This document shows positions 1-8,452 of a stretch of DNA of 64,000 nt, piece by piece. Every line of letters starts with the position of its first letter. The stretch's first letter is position 1. Both the position numbers and the translations under genes were made by a program. The notes beneath the pieces were generated by a model, which worked only from the letters and a program-made list of their open reading frames with translations, searched no databases and was not told the DNA's origin. Origin of the DNA: an uncultured Gammaproteobacteria bacterium (lineage in GTDB: Bacteria > Pseudomonadota > Gammaproteobacteria > Steroidobacterales > Steroidobacteraceae); assembly GCA_963769815.1 (NCBI GenBank), contig CAVYNI010000004.1:268714-332713 (forward strand), given 5' to 3'.

Positions 1-60
1 GAGAACGCTCGTGCCGACGACACCGCCGCCGATCACGACGACTTGCGCGTGAGTCTTCAT
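1..60 (-). CDS. 5' end (20 codons) of an FAD-dependent oxidoreductase, DMGDH/sarcosine-dehydrogenase-like; the gene continues past the left edge
   Basis: The reverse strand reads MKTHAQVVVIGGGVVGTSVL, a GxGxxG FAD fold. It is nearly identical to the N-terminus of the gene at 22755 (MKTHARVVVIGGGVVGVSTL). Its ATG (60..58) overlaps the LysR stop (59..57) as ATGA. Confidence 0.55.
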   Translation of the reverse strand, partial: MKTHAQVVVIGGGVVGTSVL

Positions 61-1022
61 TGATTGGATACCGCCAGATGCAGATTGGGCGCGACGGCGC
101 CCGTGGTATTGCCGAAACGCTCGATCAACCACGACCGGAACAGGGCGATCGCCGTATCCGAAAGTCCCTCGGGATGGGTCACGAGGTAATAGCCGAAACC
201 ATCGTCCAGCACGTTGTCGAACGGCCGGACGAGCCGGCCGGAGCGGATATAGTCCCCGAACAGGTAGTTGTCGATGAGCGCGACACCCTCGCCGCTCAAC
301 GCGTACTGAACGGCCAGCAGCGCGGTGTCGAATACCAGACCCCGCTCGACGTTGAGCGCGTGCAGCCCCGCGAGATGCGCAAATTGCGTCCACAGATAAT
401 GCCGAGGCAAGTCGGAGAGGCGCACATGGATCAACTCGTTCGCCTCGATGAATTCGGTGAGACTTTTGCCCTTGTGGCGCTCGGCCACCGAGGGATGGCA
501 CAGCAGGCTCTGCCGGACGGGCCACAACAGATCCCGTACCAGGTCGGTCACGGTCGGTTTCGAATACACGACCGCGACGTCGACCTCGTTCAGCGGCGGC
601 CCCACGCCATAGGGGCTCACCAGGTCGATCTCGACGTCGGGGGCGATCTGGCGAAAGTCCCGCAGGATCGGCACCGCCAGATGCGCGGCGAACGTCGGCG
701 GCATCTGCACCCGCAGGGTGCGCACCGGGCTCACGCCCTCATTGCGGATGTCGTCGAGCGCGAACTCCAGCCGATCGAACGATTTCATCACCGCGGTGAG
801 CAGATGCTGGCCGGCCTTGGTGAGCACGAGCGCATGCGGGCGGCGCTCGAACAGCTGCACGCCGATCAGCTTCTCGAGCGCGATCACATGCCTCGACAAG
901 GCGCTCTGCGAGATGAGGAGCGCGTTCGCCGCGGCCGTGAAGCTCAGATGCTGCGCGACACCCTCGAACGCGCGCAACGCGTTCAACGGCAACCAGCGGC
1001 GATCCATCGAAGTCCTCGCCAT
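57..1022 (-). CDS. LysR-family transcriptional regulator
   Basis: 321-aa ORF. The N-terminal winged HTH LNALRAFEGVAQHLSFTAAANALLISQSALSRHVIALEKLIGVQLFERR is followed by a LysR-type effector domain. ATG at 1022. Confidence 0.9.
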   Translation of the reverse strand: MARTSMDRRWLPLNALRAFEGVAQHLSFTAAANALLISQSALSRHVIALEKLIGVQLFERRPHALVLTKAGQHLLTAVMKSFDRLEFALDDIRNEGVSPVRTLRVQMPPTFAAHLAVPILRDFRQIAPDVEIDLVSPYGVGPPLNEVDVAVVYSKPTVTDLVRDLLWPVRQSLLCHPSVAERHKGKSLTEFIEANELIHVRLSDLPRHYLWTQFAHLAGLHALNVERGLVFDTALLAVQYALSGEGVALIDNYLFGDYIRSGRLVRPFDNVLDDGFGYYLVTHPEGLSDTAIALFRSWLIERFGNTTGAVAPNLHLAVSNQ

Positions 1023-1035
1023 ACCTACCGCGGCC

Positions 1036-2391
1036 TTAAGGCGACCATGCCTTGGTGTAGCCGATCGCGCGCTTTTGATCCTCGATGATGGTGCGCGAGG
1101 CGAGCCACAGGTGATAGGCCGCCCAGAATCCGCTCGGGGCGAGAATCAGCAGCGCCAGGCGCAGCGAAGCCGCGTCCACACCGCCCGGACCCGCGAACCA
1201 GTCGCTGAGCGCGCCGACGGCCTGCGGCGCGACCACGATATTCAAGATGTTCGCGACCAAAAGCGAGATCGCGATGAACATGTTGCGCATGTGGCAGGGC
1301 GAGAGATTGTTGAGCAGCCCGAAGCACGGACCGATGTAGAAGTAGATCGCGGGAATGAACATCCAGAACATGAGCTTGCATACGAAGAGCGAATGCGTCC
1401 AATACGCGACGATCGAGGGGATGGTGGCGAAGGCGATGCCGGCGGCGAGCAGCCACACCACGCGCCGCGGATCGGCCATGCGCGGCCGCGACAGGATCCA
1501 GGCGGTGCCGATCGTGGCGAGCGAGCCGCCGATGAGATGGATATTGCCGGTAACCGCGCCTGCCTGACCGACGTCCAGATGGTAGGCGCGCTGCAAAAAA
1601 GTGGGTGTCCACCAGATCAGGCCCCAACCCCAGAGCGCGCACAGGCCGCCGCCCACCACCACGTGAAAGGCCGCTTTCTGTTGCCACAGGAATTTGAGCG
1701 ACTGGCGCAGCGATGGCCGCAGCTCGTCGAGCACGCCGTCGAGACGGCCGCGTACCGGCTCGCGCACCGTGAGATAGACGAGGATGCCCATGATCAGGCC
1801 CGGGACGCCGAGCGCGATGAAAGCGGCGCGCCAGTTGTAGAGATGCGCGACCTTGCCGGCGAAATCCGCGCCGAGGTAGGCGCCGATGGGCGCGCCGAGG
1901 GCGAGCACCGTCATCGCCATGGGGCGCCGGTCCGCCGGGAAATAATCCGACACGATGGCGGTCGAGGGCGGCGTGCCCCCCGCCTCGCCCACCCCGACAC
2001 CGATGCGCCCGAGCAGGAACTCCAGATAGTTGCGCGAGCGTCCGCAGAGGATCGTGAACGCCGACCAGACGACCAGGGATATCGCGAGGATGTTGCGCCG
2101 GTTCATCCGGTCGGCGCACCAGGAAATCGGAATCCCGAAGGCCACGTAGAACAGCGCGAGCGGCGTGCCGGTGAGGAACGCGACGCCCTTGTCGCTCAGA
2201 TGAAGCTCCAGCCGGATGGGCTCGAGCACGGTGGATACGACATAACGATCGGCGATGTTGATGGCGTAGATGAGACAGGTGAGGATCAGCACGTACCAAC
2301 GCAGGATCGACGGCGGCGACCGCGCTTCGGTGATATCGATGGTGGTGCTGCTCAAACCCGGACACCCCGTGCCTGCAATCCTCCGCACCAT
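1036..2391 (-). CDS. MFS transporter
   Basis: The frame of ORF 1036..3435 is protein-like only from the ATG at 2391 (MVRRIAG...). This gives 451 aa with many hydrophobic segments and the MFS loop motif WCADRMNRRNIL. The upstream part of the long ORF is antisense to the GMC gene. Confidence 0.85.
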   Translation of the reverse strand: MVRRIAGTGCPGLSSTTIDITEARSPPSILRWYVLILTCLIYAINIADRYVVSTVLEPIRLELHLSDKGVAFLTGTPLALFYVAFGIPISWCADRMNRRNILAISLVVWSAFTILCGRSRNYLEFLLGRIGVGVGEAGGTPPSTAIVSDYFPADRRPMAMTVLALGAPIGAYLGADFAGKVAHLYNWRAAFIALGVPGLIMGILVYLTVREPVRGRLDGVLDELRPSLRQSLKFLWQQKAAFHVVVGGGLCALWGWGLIWWTPTFLQRAYHLDVGQAGAVTGNIHLIGGSLATIGTAWILSRPRMADPRRVVWLLAAGIAFATIPSIVAYWTHSLFVCKLMFWMFIPAIYFYIGPCFGLLNNLSPCHMRNMFIAISLLVANILNIVVAPQAVGALSDWFAGPGGVDAASLRLALLILAPSGFWAAYHLWLASRTIIEDQKRAIGYTKAWSP

Positions 2392-2499
2392 ACATGTTTC
2401 GCCCGCGATATGCGACGGCCCGCGCGCGGGCCTAAAAATGACATGGGTGAATCGCGAAATGGCATAGCGCACCCCGCCGGGAGTATTAAGCTGCGCGGC

Positions 2500-4149
2500 G
2501 TGGAGAGCTTCGACTACATCATCGTCGGCGCCGGGACCGCAGGATGTGTGCTCGCGGACCGGCTGTCCGCCAGCGGGCGCAATCGGGTTCTCGTGCTCGA
2601 GGCCGGCGGCTCCGACGCGCGCTTCTGGATCAAGGCACCGATCGGCTACGGTTTCACGTTCGCCGATGAGCGCGTGAACTGGAAATATCAGGCACAGGGC
2701 AGTCCGGGGCTCAATGGCCGCGGCATGTATTGGCCGCGCGGCCGGGTCGTGGGCGGATCGAGCTCCATCAACGCGCTGGTGTACTGCCGCGGGATGCCGG
2801 GTGATTTCGACGACTGGCGGGACCTCGGCAACCCGGGGTGGGGCTGGGAAGAGGTGCGGCCGTACTTCGAGCGACTGGAGCGCCGCGTTGCGCCCGACGG
2901 GCGGGCGCGCACCGAGGGCCCGGTCGACGTCAAGGACGTGACTCCCTATCTGCACCCGATGCGCAAGGAGTGGCTCGAGGCCGCGGCCGAGCTCAAACTT
3001 CCCGTCACCGCCGATTTCAACGGCCCGAATCCCGAGGGCCTCGGCTGCTATCAACTCAATGTTCGCAACGGCCGCCGCTGGTCGGCCGCCGACGCCTTCC
3101 TTCGCCCCGCATTGAAACGCCCTAATGTGAAGCTCGAGACCGGCGCGTGGGCGAGCAAGCTGCGCTGCGAGGGAAGGCGCGTGTCGGGCGTGGAGTTCTT
3201 TCGCGATAACGAGCCGTGCTTTGCGCGAGCCGATCGCGAAGTCATCTTGTGCGCCGGCGCCGTCAACTCGCCGCAGCTCCTGCAGCTCTCGGGCATCGGC
3301 CCGGGCAGGCTCTTGAGCGAGCACGGGATCGAGACCGTGCTCGACAACTCCGCCGTGGGCGGTCATCTGCAGGATCACCTCGCCGTGGTTTATTCCTTCA
3401 AGGCGGCGCGGCCGACCCTCAACGACGAGCTGCATTCGCCCGCGCGCCAGCTGCTCGCCGGAATGCGCTATTTATTGACGCGCCGCGGGCCGGTGAGCCT
3501 CAGCGTGAATCAATTCGGCGGATTTCTGCGCGCCGACCCGCGCGCGCGCCGGCCCGACGTGCAGCTGTACTTCAATCCGGTGACCTACGGGGCCGGCGAT
3601 GCGGCGCGCAGCCGCATCACGGTCGACGCCTTCTCGGGTTTCTATTTATGCTTTCAGCCGACCCGTCCCACCAGCACCGGCCGCATCGATCTGGCGAGTG
3701 CCGACTTCCGCACCGCCCCGTGCATCGCACCGAACTATCTGTCCACCGAGAAGGACGTGAGCGACGTCCTGCATGGGGCGCGGCTGCTGCAGGCCATTGC
3801 CCGCACGCGCGCGATCCGCAGCCTCATCCGCGAGCCGCTCGAGCCCGACCTGCTCCGCATGAGCGAGCCCGATCTCATTGCCGACTTTCGCGCACGCGCC
3901 GCGACCGTCTATCACCCGGTAGGCACGTGCCGGATGGGACCGACCGCCGGAGGGCCAGGCGCGCAGGGCCGAAGCGCGCAGGGCCGAAGCCCGCAGGGCT
4001 TCGTGGTCGACGCCTCGCTTCGGGTGCACGGGATGGAGCGCCTGCGCGTCGTGGATGCCTCGGTCTTTCCCGCGGTCACATCGGCGAACACCAATGCGCC
4101 CACCTTGATGGTCGCGCAAAAGGCCGCCGATCTCATCGCGGCCGGATGA
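2500..4149 (+). CDS. GMC-family FAD oxidoreductase (choline/alcohol dehydrogenase-like)
   Basis: This is the C-terminal part of ORF 718..4149. It carries FDYIIVGAGTAGCVLADRLS, GGSSSINALVYCRG, YHPVGTCRMG and VVDASVFP. The start is placed at GTG 2500 (VESFDY...); ATG 2443 is an alternative. Confidence 0.85.
   Translation: MESFDYIIVGAGTAGCVLADRLSASGRNRVLVLEAGGSDARFWIKAPIGYGFTFADERVNWKYQAQGSPGLNGRGMYWPRGRVVGGSSSINALVYCRGMPGDFDDWRDLGNPGWGWEEVRPYFERLERRVAPDGRARTEGPVDVKDVTPYLHPMRKEWLEAAAELKLPVTADFNGPNPEGLGCYQLNVRNGRRWSAADAFLRPALKRPNVKLETGAWASKLRCEGRRVSGVEFFRDNEPCFARADREVILCAGAVNSPQLLQLSGIGPGRLLSEHGIETVLDNSAVGGHLQDHLAVVYSFKAARPTLNDELHSPARQLLAGMRYLLTRRGPVSLSVNQFGGFLRADPRARRPDVQLYFNPVTYGAGDAARSRITVDAFSGFYLCFQPTRPTSTGRIDLASADFRTAPCIAPNYLSTEKDVSDVLHGARLLQAIARTRAIRSLIREPLEPDLLRMSEPDLIADFRARAATVYHPVGTCRMGPTAGGPGAQGRSAQGRSPQGFVVDASLRVHGMERLRVVDASVFPAVTSANTNAPTLMVAQKAADLIAAG
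3961..3999 (+). repeat. 15-bp tandem repeat (GCGCAGGGCCGAAGC x2 plus a partial third copy) inside the GMC gene
   Basis: Read directly: gcgcagggccgaagc gcgcagggccgaagc ccgcagggc. It encodes AQGRS-AQGRS-PQG, inserted between the conserved HPVGTCRMG and VVD..LRVHG blocks. Confidence 0.85.
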
Positions 4150-4179
4150 CCTCGTGAAGCTCACCAGGACGGAGAACAT

Positions 4180-5367
4180 ATGAAGCTCGACAACTTGAAA
4201 GTTTTCGTGGTCGGCAACCCGCCTCCGGGCTACGGGGGCCGGTACTTCGTGTTCTTGAAGCTGCGAACCGCCTGCGGCATCGAGGGTGTGGGCGAGGTCT
4301 ACGCCGCCACCTTCGGCCCGCACGTCATTGCCTCGATGATCGAGGATGTCTTCGCGCGACGCTTCCTCGGGCAGAACCCCTTTCATATCGAGGCGCTATG
4401 GCGCGAGTGCCATGGCTCGGGATTCACCTTGCGGCCGGATCTATCGCTCATGAGCGTCGTGAGCGGCCTGGAAATGGCATGCTGGGACATCATCGGCAAG
4501 GCGGTCGATCAGCCGGTCTATCAGCTGCTCGGCGGCCGGGTGCACGAGCGGCTGCGCACCTACACGTACCTGTATCCCGCCGCGGGAGAGACCGAGGAGT
4601 TCTACCACGACGCCGAGCGCTCGGCGACGCGTGCCGCGGAATACGTAGCGCAAGGATTCACCGGGCTCAAATTCGATCCCACCGGCGGCTACTCGGTCTA
4701 CGATCCACGCCAGCCCACGCAGGAACAGATCGAGCGAACGGTGCGGCTCACACGCCTGGTGCGCGAGGCGGTCGGCGACAAGGCGGACCTCTTGATGGGC
4801 ACGCATGGCCAGTTCACGCCGTCGGGCGCCATTCGTCTCGCGAAGCGCCTCGAGCCCTACGATCCGCTCTGGTTCGAAGAGCCGGTGCCGCCCGAGATGC
4901 CGGAGCAGATGGCGCTGGTCGCCCGCGGCACGAGCATTCCGATCGCCACCGGTGAGCGCCTCACCACCAAGTACGAATTCGCGCGGGTACTGGCCGCGGG
5001 CGCCGCCAACATCCTGCAGATGAATCTCGGCCGCGTCGGGGGTCTGCTCGAGGCGAAGAAGGTGGCATCGCTCGCCGAAGTGCACTACGCGCAAATCGCA
5101 CCGCACTTGTACTGCGGTCCGGTGGTGGGTGCGGCCAACATTCAAATCGCCACCTGCTCACCGAACTTTTTGATCCTCGAAAGCATTCAGCAATGGGGCG
5201 GCTTTCACGCGAAGATTCTGAAAACGCCGATTCGTTGGGAGGCGGGCTTCGTCATTCCGCCGACCGCGCCCGGGCTCGGTGTCGAGCTCGACGAGGCGGT
5301 CGCGCTCGCGCATCCATACGCGGGCGATGGGTTGCATCTCGAGATGGAGCATCGGCCGCTCGGCTGA
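4180..5367 (+). CDS. Enolase-superfamily protein (mandelate racemase/muconate lactonizing enzyme family, acid-sugar-dehydratase-like)
   Basis: 395 aa. The capping domain is MKLDNLKVFVVG...GIEGVGEV. Likely metal ligands lie in DLLMGTHGQ, LWFEEP and IATGERL. A GGAG sits 5 nt upstream of the ATG. Confidence 0.85.
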   Translation: MKLDNLKVFVVGNPPPGYGGRYFVFLKLRTACGIEGVGEVYAATFGPHVIASMIEDVFARRFLGQNPFHIEALWRECHGSGFTLRPDLSLMSVVSGLEMACWDIIGKAVDQPVYQLLGGRVHERLRTYTYLYPAAGETEEFYHDAERSATRAAEYVAQGFTGLKFDPTGGYSVYDPRQPTQEQIERTVRLTRLVREAVGDKADLLMGTHGQFTPSGAIRLAKRLEPYDPLWFEEPVPPEMPEQMALVARGTSIPIATGERLTTKYEFARVLAAGAANILQMNLGRVGGLLEAKKVASLAEVHYAQIAPHLYCGPVVGAANIQIATCSPNFLILESIQQWGGFHAKILKTPIRWEAGFVIPPTAPGLGVELDEAVALAHPYAGDGLHLEMEHRPLG

Positions 5368-5378
5368 ACAGGAACACC

Positions 5379-6290
5379 ATGCGCTATGGATTCGTTGGCT
5401 TGGGTCATCTCGGGCGCCACCTCGCGGCCCATCTCGCCCGCGAGGGTTTCGAGCTCGGCGTCTTCGATCTCGATCGCTCCACCGCCCGTTCCGCGCTCGA
5501 AGCCGGTGCGCAGTGGGTACCCTCGGTCGCCGAGCTGGCGAGGGGTGTGGACGCGTTGATCACCTGCCTGCCTTCGCCGGCGGCGAGCATCGCCGTCATG
5601 AATCAGGCGCTGCCTGTCATGCGCTCGGGCAGTGCCTGGATCGAGATGAGCACCAACGACTTCGCCGAGATCGAGGCACTGGCGGGGCGGGCTCAAGCGG
5701 CGGGCATCGGCACCCTCGCCTGTCCCGTCACCGGCGGCGTGCATCGCGCCGAAGCGGGCGACATCACCGTACTGGTCGGCGGCCCGCAACAGCTGTTCGA
5801 GGCGCATGAACCGGCGCTGCGCGCCATGGGCGGCCGGGTCATCCACCTCGGCGGTATCGAGCAAGCGGCGGTCACCAAAGTGGTCACCAACATGCTCGCC
5901 TTCATTCATCTCATCGCCGCCGGCGAGGCCCTCATGCTGTGTGCGAAGGGCGGCGTCGAGCTGCGTGCCGCCTTCGATGCCATCGCCGCGAGCTCGGGCA
6001 ACAGCTTCGTGCACGAGACCGAGAGCCAGGTGATCCTGAATGGCAGCTATGACATTGGTTTCACGATGGATCTCGCCTGCAAGGATGCGGGATTCGCGAT
6101 CGAGTTCGCGCGCCGGTTCGGCGTGCCGCTGCGGCTCGCCTCGGTGATGGAGCAGACCTTCATCGAGGGACGTGCGCGCTACGGTGGGGCGGCGTGGTCG
6201 TCGATGATCGTCAAGCTCTTGGAGGATGCGGTCGGCACCTCGCTGCGGGCGCCCGGATTTCCCGCACGCTTGGGACCCGAGCACACCTGA
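5379..6290 (+). CDS. NAD(P)-dependent oxidoreductase of the 3-hydroxyisobutyrate/6-phosphogluconate dehydrogenase family
   Basis: 303 aa from ATG 5379 within ORF 5193..6290. It has the Rossmann motif YGFVGLGHLGRHLA and a family-typical central and C-terminal helical domain. AGGAA lies upstream. Confidence 0.85.
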   Translation: MRYGFVGLGHLGRHLAAHLAREGFELGVFDLDRSTARSALEAGAQWVPSVAELARGVDALITCLPSPAASIAVMNQALPVMRSGSAWIEMSTNDFAEIEALAGRAQAAGIGTLACPVTGGVHRAEAGDITVLVGGPQQLFEAHEPALRAMGGRVIHLGGIEQAAVTKVVTNMLAFIHLIAAGEALMLCAKGGVELRAAFDAIAASSGNSFVHETESQVILNGSYDIGFTMDLACKDAGFAIEFARRFGVPLRLASVMEQTFIEGRARYGGAAWSSMIVKLLEDAVGTSLRAPGFPARLGPEHT

Positions 6291-6365
6291 GCCCCAATTT
6301 TTGCGCCTTTTGCAGCCGGACAACGGTTCGCCTATAGTTTCAAGGGCATCGCCCGCCACTACCGG

Positions 6366-8378
6366 ATGTACGTCGAGTTGATCACCTCTCGGGATACTCC
6401 CTTACCGATCGAGACGCAGGTGCGGGAGCTGCGCGCACTTCTGGAGCAGCGGGAGTATTCAAGGGTGCTCGACGGTGCGCAGGAGCTCCTCAAGATCGTG
6501 CCCGAGAACCGGGACGCCTGGTATTGCGCTGCCGTGAGTCTGAGGTACCTCGAGCGCCTACCCGAGGCGCTCGCGACGCTCGAACGGTTGGAGGAGCTCC
6601 ATCCCGATTTCAGCCGCCTGTACCAGGAGCGCGGCCACTGCTTCGTCGCACTGCGCCGCGCGGAGCCCGCGATTCAAGCCTTCATGCGCGCCACCAGCAT
6701 CAACCCCTCGCTGCATGCGAGCTGGAACGCGCTCAAGGTTCTGTTCAAGATGACGGGCCGCCCCGCCGATGCCGATAAGGCCGCCGCGGAACTCGAAAAG
6801 CTCGCGACGCTGCCGCCGGAGATCGTGACGGCGATGAGCATGTTCGCCGATGGCGAGATCCATCCGGCGGAGAGCCTCGTCCGCAGCTATCTGTTGGCGC
6901 ATGGCGATCACGTCGAGGGCATGCGGCTGCTCGCAAAGATCGGCATGAAGCTCGAGATCTATGACGATGCCGAGTTCCTGCTCGAGCAGGCGCTGCTGCT
7001 CGAGCCGGATTATCACGCCATGCGCTACGATTACGTGCTCGCGCTCCTCGAACGGCACAAGCACGTGCAGGCGCTCGAGCAACTGGACCGCTTGCTCTTG
7101 ATCGAGCCCGACAATCGTGCCTACCGAATCACCCACGCGACCGCGAGCGTCGGCGTCGGCCGCCTCGAGCAGGCGATCGATGCCTATCGTTCGATCCTCG
7201 AGGAGATGCCCAAGGCGGCCGATCTGCATCTGTCGATCGCCCACGCCTTGAAGACGCTCGGCAGACAGCCCGAGGCGGTCGCCTCGTATCGCACCGCCTT
7301 CGAGCTGAGACCCGCCTACGGCGATGCGTACTGGAGCCTCGCCAATCTCAAAACCTACCGGTTTTCGAAAGACGATATGGCGCGGATGCGTGCGCAAGAG
7401 GAATCTCCCCGCACCGGGGAGGAAGACCGCTATCACCTGTGCTTCGCCCTCGGCAAGGCGCTCGAGGACTGCGGCGAGTACGCCGAATCGTTCCGCTATT
7501 ACGAGCGCGGCAATGCGCTCAAGAAAGCCGCTCTGCGCTTCAATATCGAGACCATCGAGAATAATGCGAAGGCCCAGCGCACGATATGCACCCGGGAGTT
7601 CTTCGCGGCTCGGTCGGGATTCGGGAGCGATGCGATCGATCCGATTTTCATCGTCGGGCTGCCGCGTGCCGGCTCGACGCTGATCGAGCAGATTCTCGCC
7701 TCGCATTCGGAGGTCGAAGGCACGATGGAGCTCCCGAACATCCTGCGCTTCGTCGGGGACCTGCAGGGCCGGGATCCGGACACCCGCGACCCGCGCTATC
7801 CGGCCATCCTCGGACGCCTCGGCGCGGAGGACTGTCGCAAGCTCGGCGAGAAGTACATTGCCGATACGCGCATTTACCGGACCGGCAAGCCGCGGTTCAT
7901 CGACAAGATGCCGAACAATTTTCGCCACATCGGGCTCATGCACCTGATCTTGCCGAACGCCCGGATCATCGATGCGCGCCGCGAGCCGATGGCCTGCTGT
8001 TTCAGCAATTTCAAGCAGCTATTCGCTTCCGGTCAGGAGTTCACTTACAGTATTGGGGACATTGCGCGTTACTATCGCAGTTACTGGGAGCTCATGGAGC
8101 ATTGGGATGCGGCATTGCCGGGGAAGATCCTGCGCGTGCAATATGAGAACGTGGTCGAGGACCTGGAGATGAACGTGCGCCGCATATTGGATTTCTGCGG
8201 TCTGCCTTTTGAGCCGGCGTGTCTGGAATTCTACAAGACCGAGCGCAGCATCCGTACCGCGAGCTCCGAACAGGTGCGCAGGCCCATTTTCAAGGAAGGT
8301 GTCGACCAATGGCGGCACTTCGAGCCTTGGCTGGGACCGCTGAAGACGGCGCTCGGCGGGTTGTGCGGCGCGGCGTGA
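6366..8378 (+). CDS. TPR-repeat protein with C-terminal sulfotransferase domain (copy 1, intact)
   Basis: 670 aa. The N-terminal ~400 aa are TPR-like helical repeats. The C-terminus has the PAPS 5'-phosphosulfate loop IFIVGLPRAGSTLIEQILASH and a sulfotransferase-type core. Confidence 0.85.
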   Translation: MYVELITSRDTPLPIETQVRELRALLEQREYSRVLDGAQELLKIVPENRDAWYCAAVSLRYLERLPEALATLERLEELHPDFSRLYQERGHCFVALRRAEPAIQAFMRATSINPSLHASWNALKVLFKMTGRPADADKAAAELEKLATLPPEIVTAMSMFADGEIHPAESLVRSYLLAHGDHVEGMRLLAKIGMKLEIYDDAEFLLEQALLLEPDYHAMRYDYVLALLERHKHVQALEQLDRLLLIEPDNRAYRITHATASVGVGRLEQAIDAYRSILEEMPKAADLHLSIAHALKTLGRQPEAVASYRTAFELRPAYGDAYWSLANLKTYRFSKDDMARMRAQEESPRTGEEDRYHLCFALGKALEDCGEYAESFRYYERGNALKKAALRFNIETIENNAKAQRTICTREFFAARSGFGSDAIDPIFIVGLPRAGSTLIEQILASHSEVEGTMELPNILRFVGDLQGRDPDTRDPRYPAILGRLGAEDCRKLGEKYIADTRIYRTGKPRFIDKMPNNFRHIGLMHLILPNARIIDARREPMACCFSNFKQLFASGQEFTYSIGDIARYYRSYWELMEHWDAALPGKILRVQYENVVEDLEMNVRRILDFCGLPFEPACLEFYKTERSIRTASSEQVRRPIFKEGVDQWRHFEPWLGPLKTALGGLCGAA

Positions 8379-8452
8379 CCGGGGGGCAAATCATGTGATC
8401 GTCGATGCCGACCAACTCTAGAAACGATTGAGACAATAAAGACGAGGGATGA

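Noticed and set aside
2417-2432. Perfect 16-bp palindrome GGCCCGCGCGCGGGCC between the divergent MFS and GMC genes
   Set aside because: It is made only of G and C in a very GC-rich genome and is short. I see no second copy in the window and cannot distinguish it from chance.
3961-3999. The tandem repeat as a CRISPR-like or minisatellite element
   Set aside because: It has only 2.6 copies of 15 bp, no spacers, and is in frame inside a coding region. It is reported as a coding-repeat observation instead.
718-4149. 1143-aa plus-strand ORF, and the 799-aa minus-strand ORF 1036..3435
   Set aside because: Only the last ~550 codons of the first (GMC oxidoreductase) and the last ~451 codons of the second (MFS transporter) read as protein. 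The remainders are Arg/Ala/Gly-rich antisense read-through of neighbouring genes, which is typical of stop-poor frames in GC-rich DNA.
4180-5367. Enolase-superfamily gene as a betaine (hydroxyproline-betaine-type) epimerase, given the betaine context
   Set aside because: I could not find the KxK motif expected of the mandelate-racemase subgroup. The corresponding region reads GFTGLKFDP, with a single Lys, which is more like acid-sugar dehydratases. The context argument alone is too weak.
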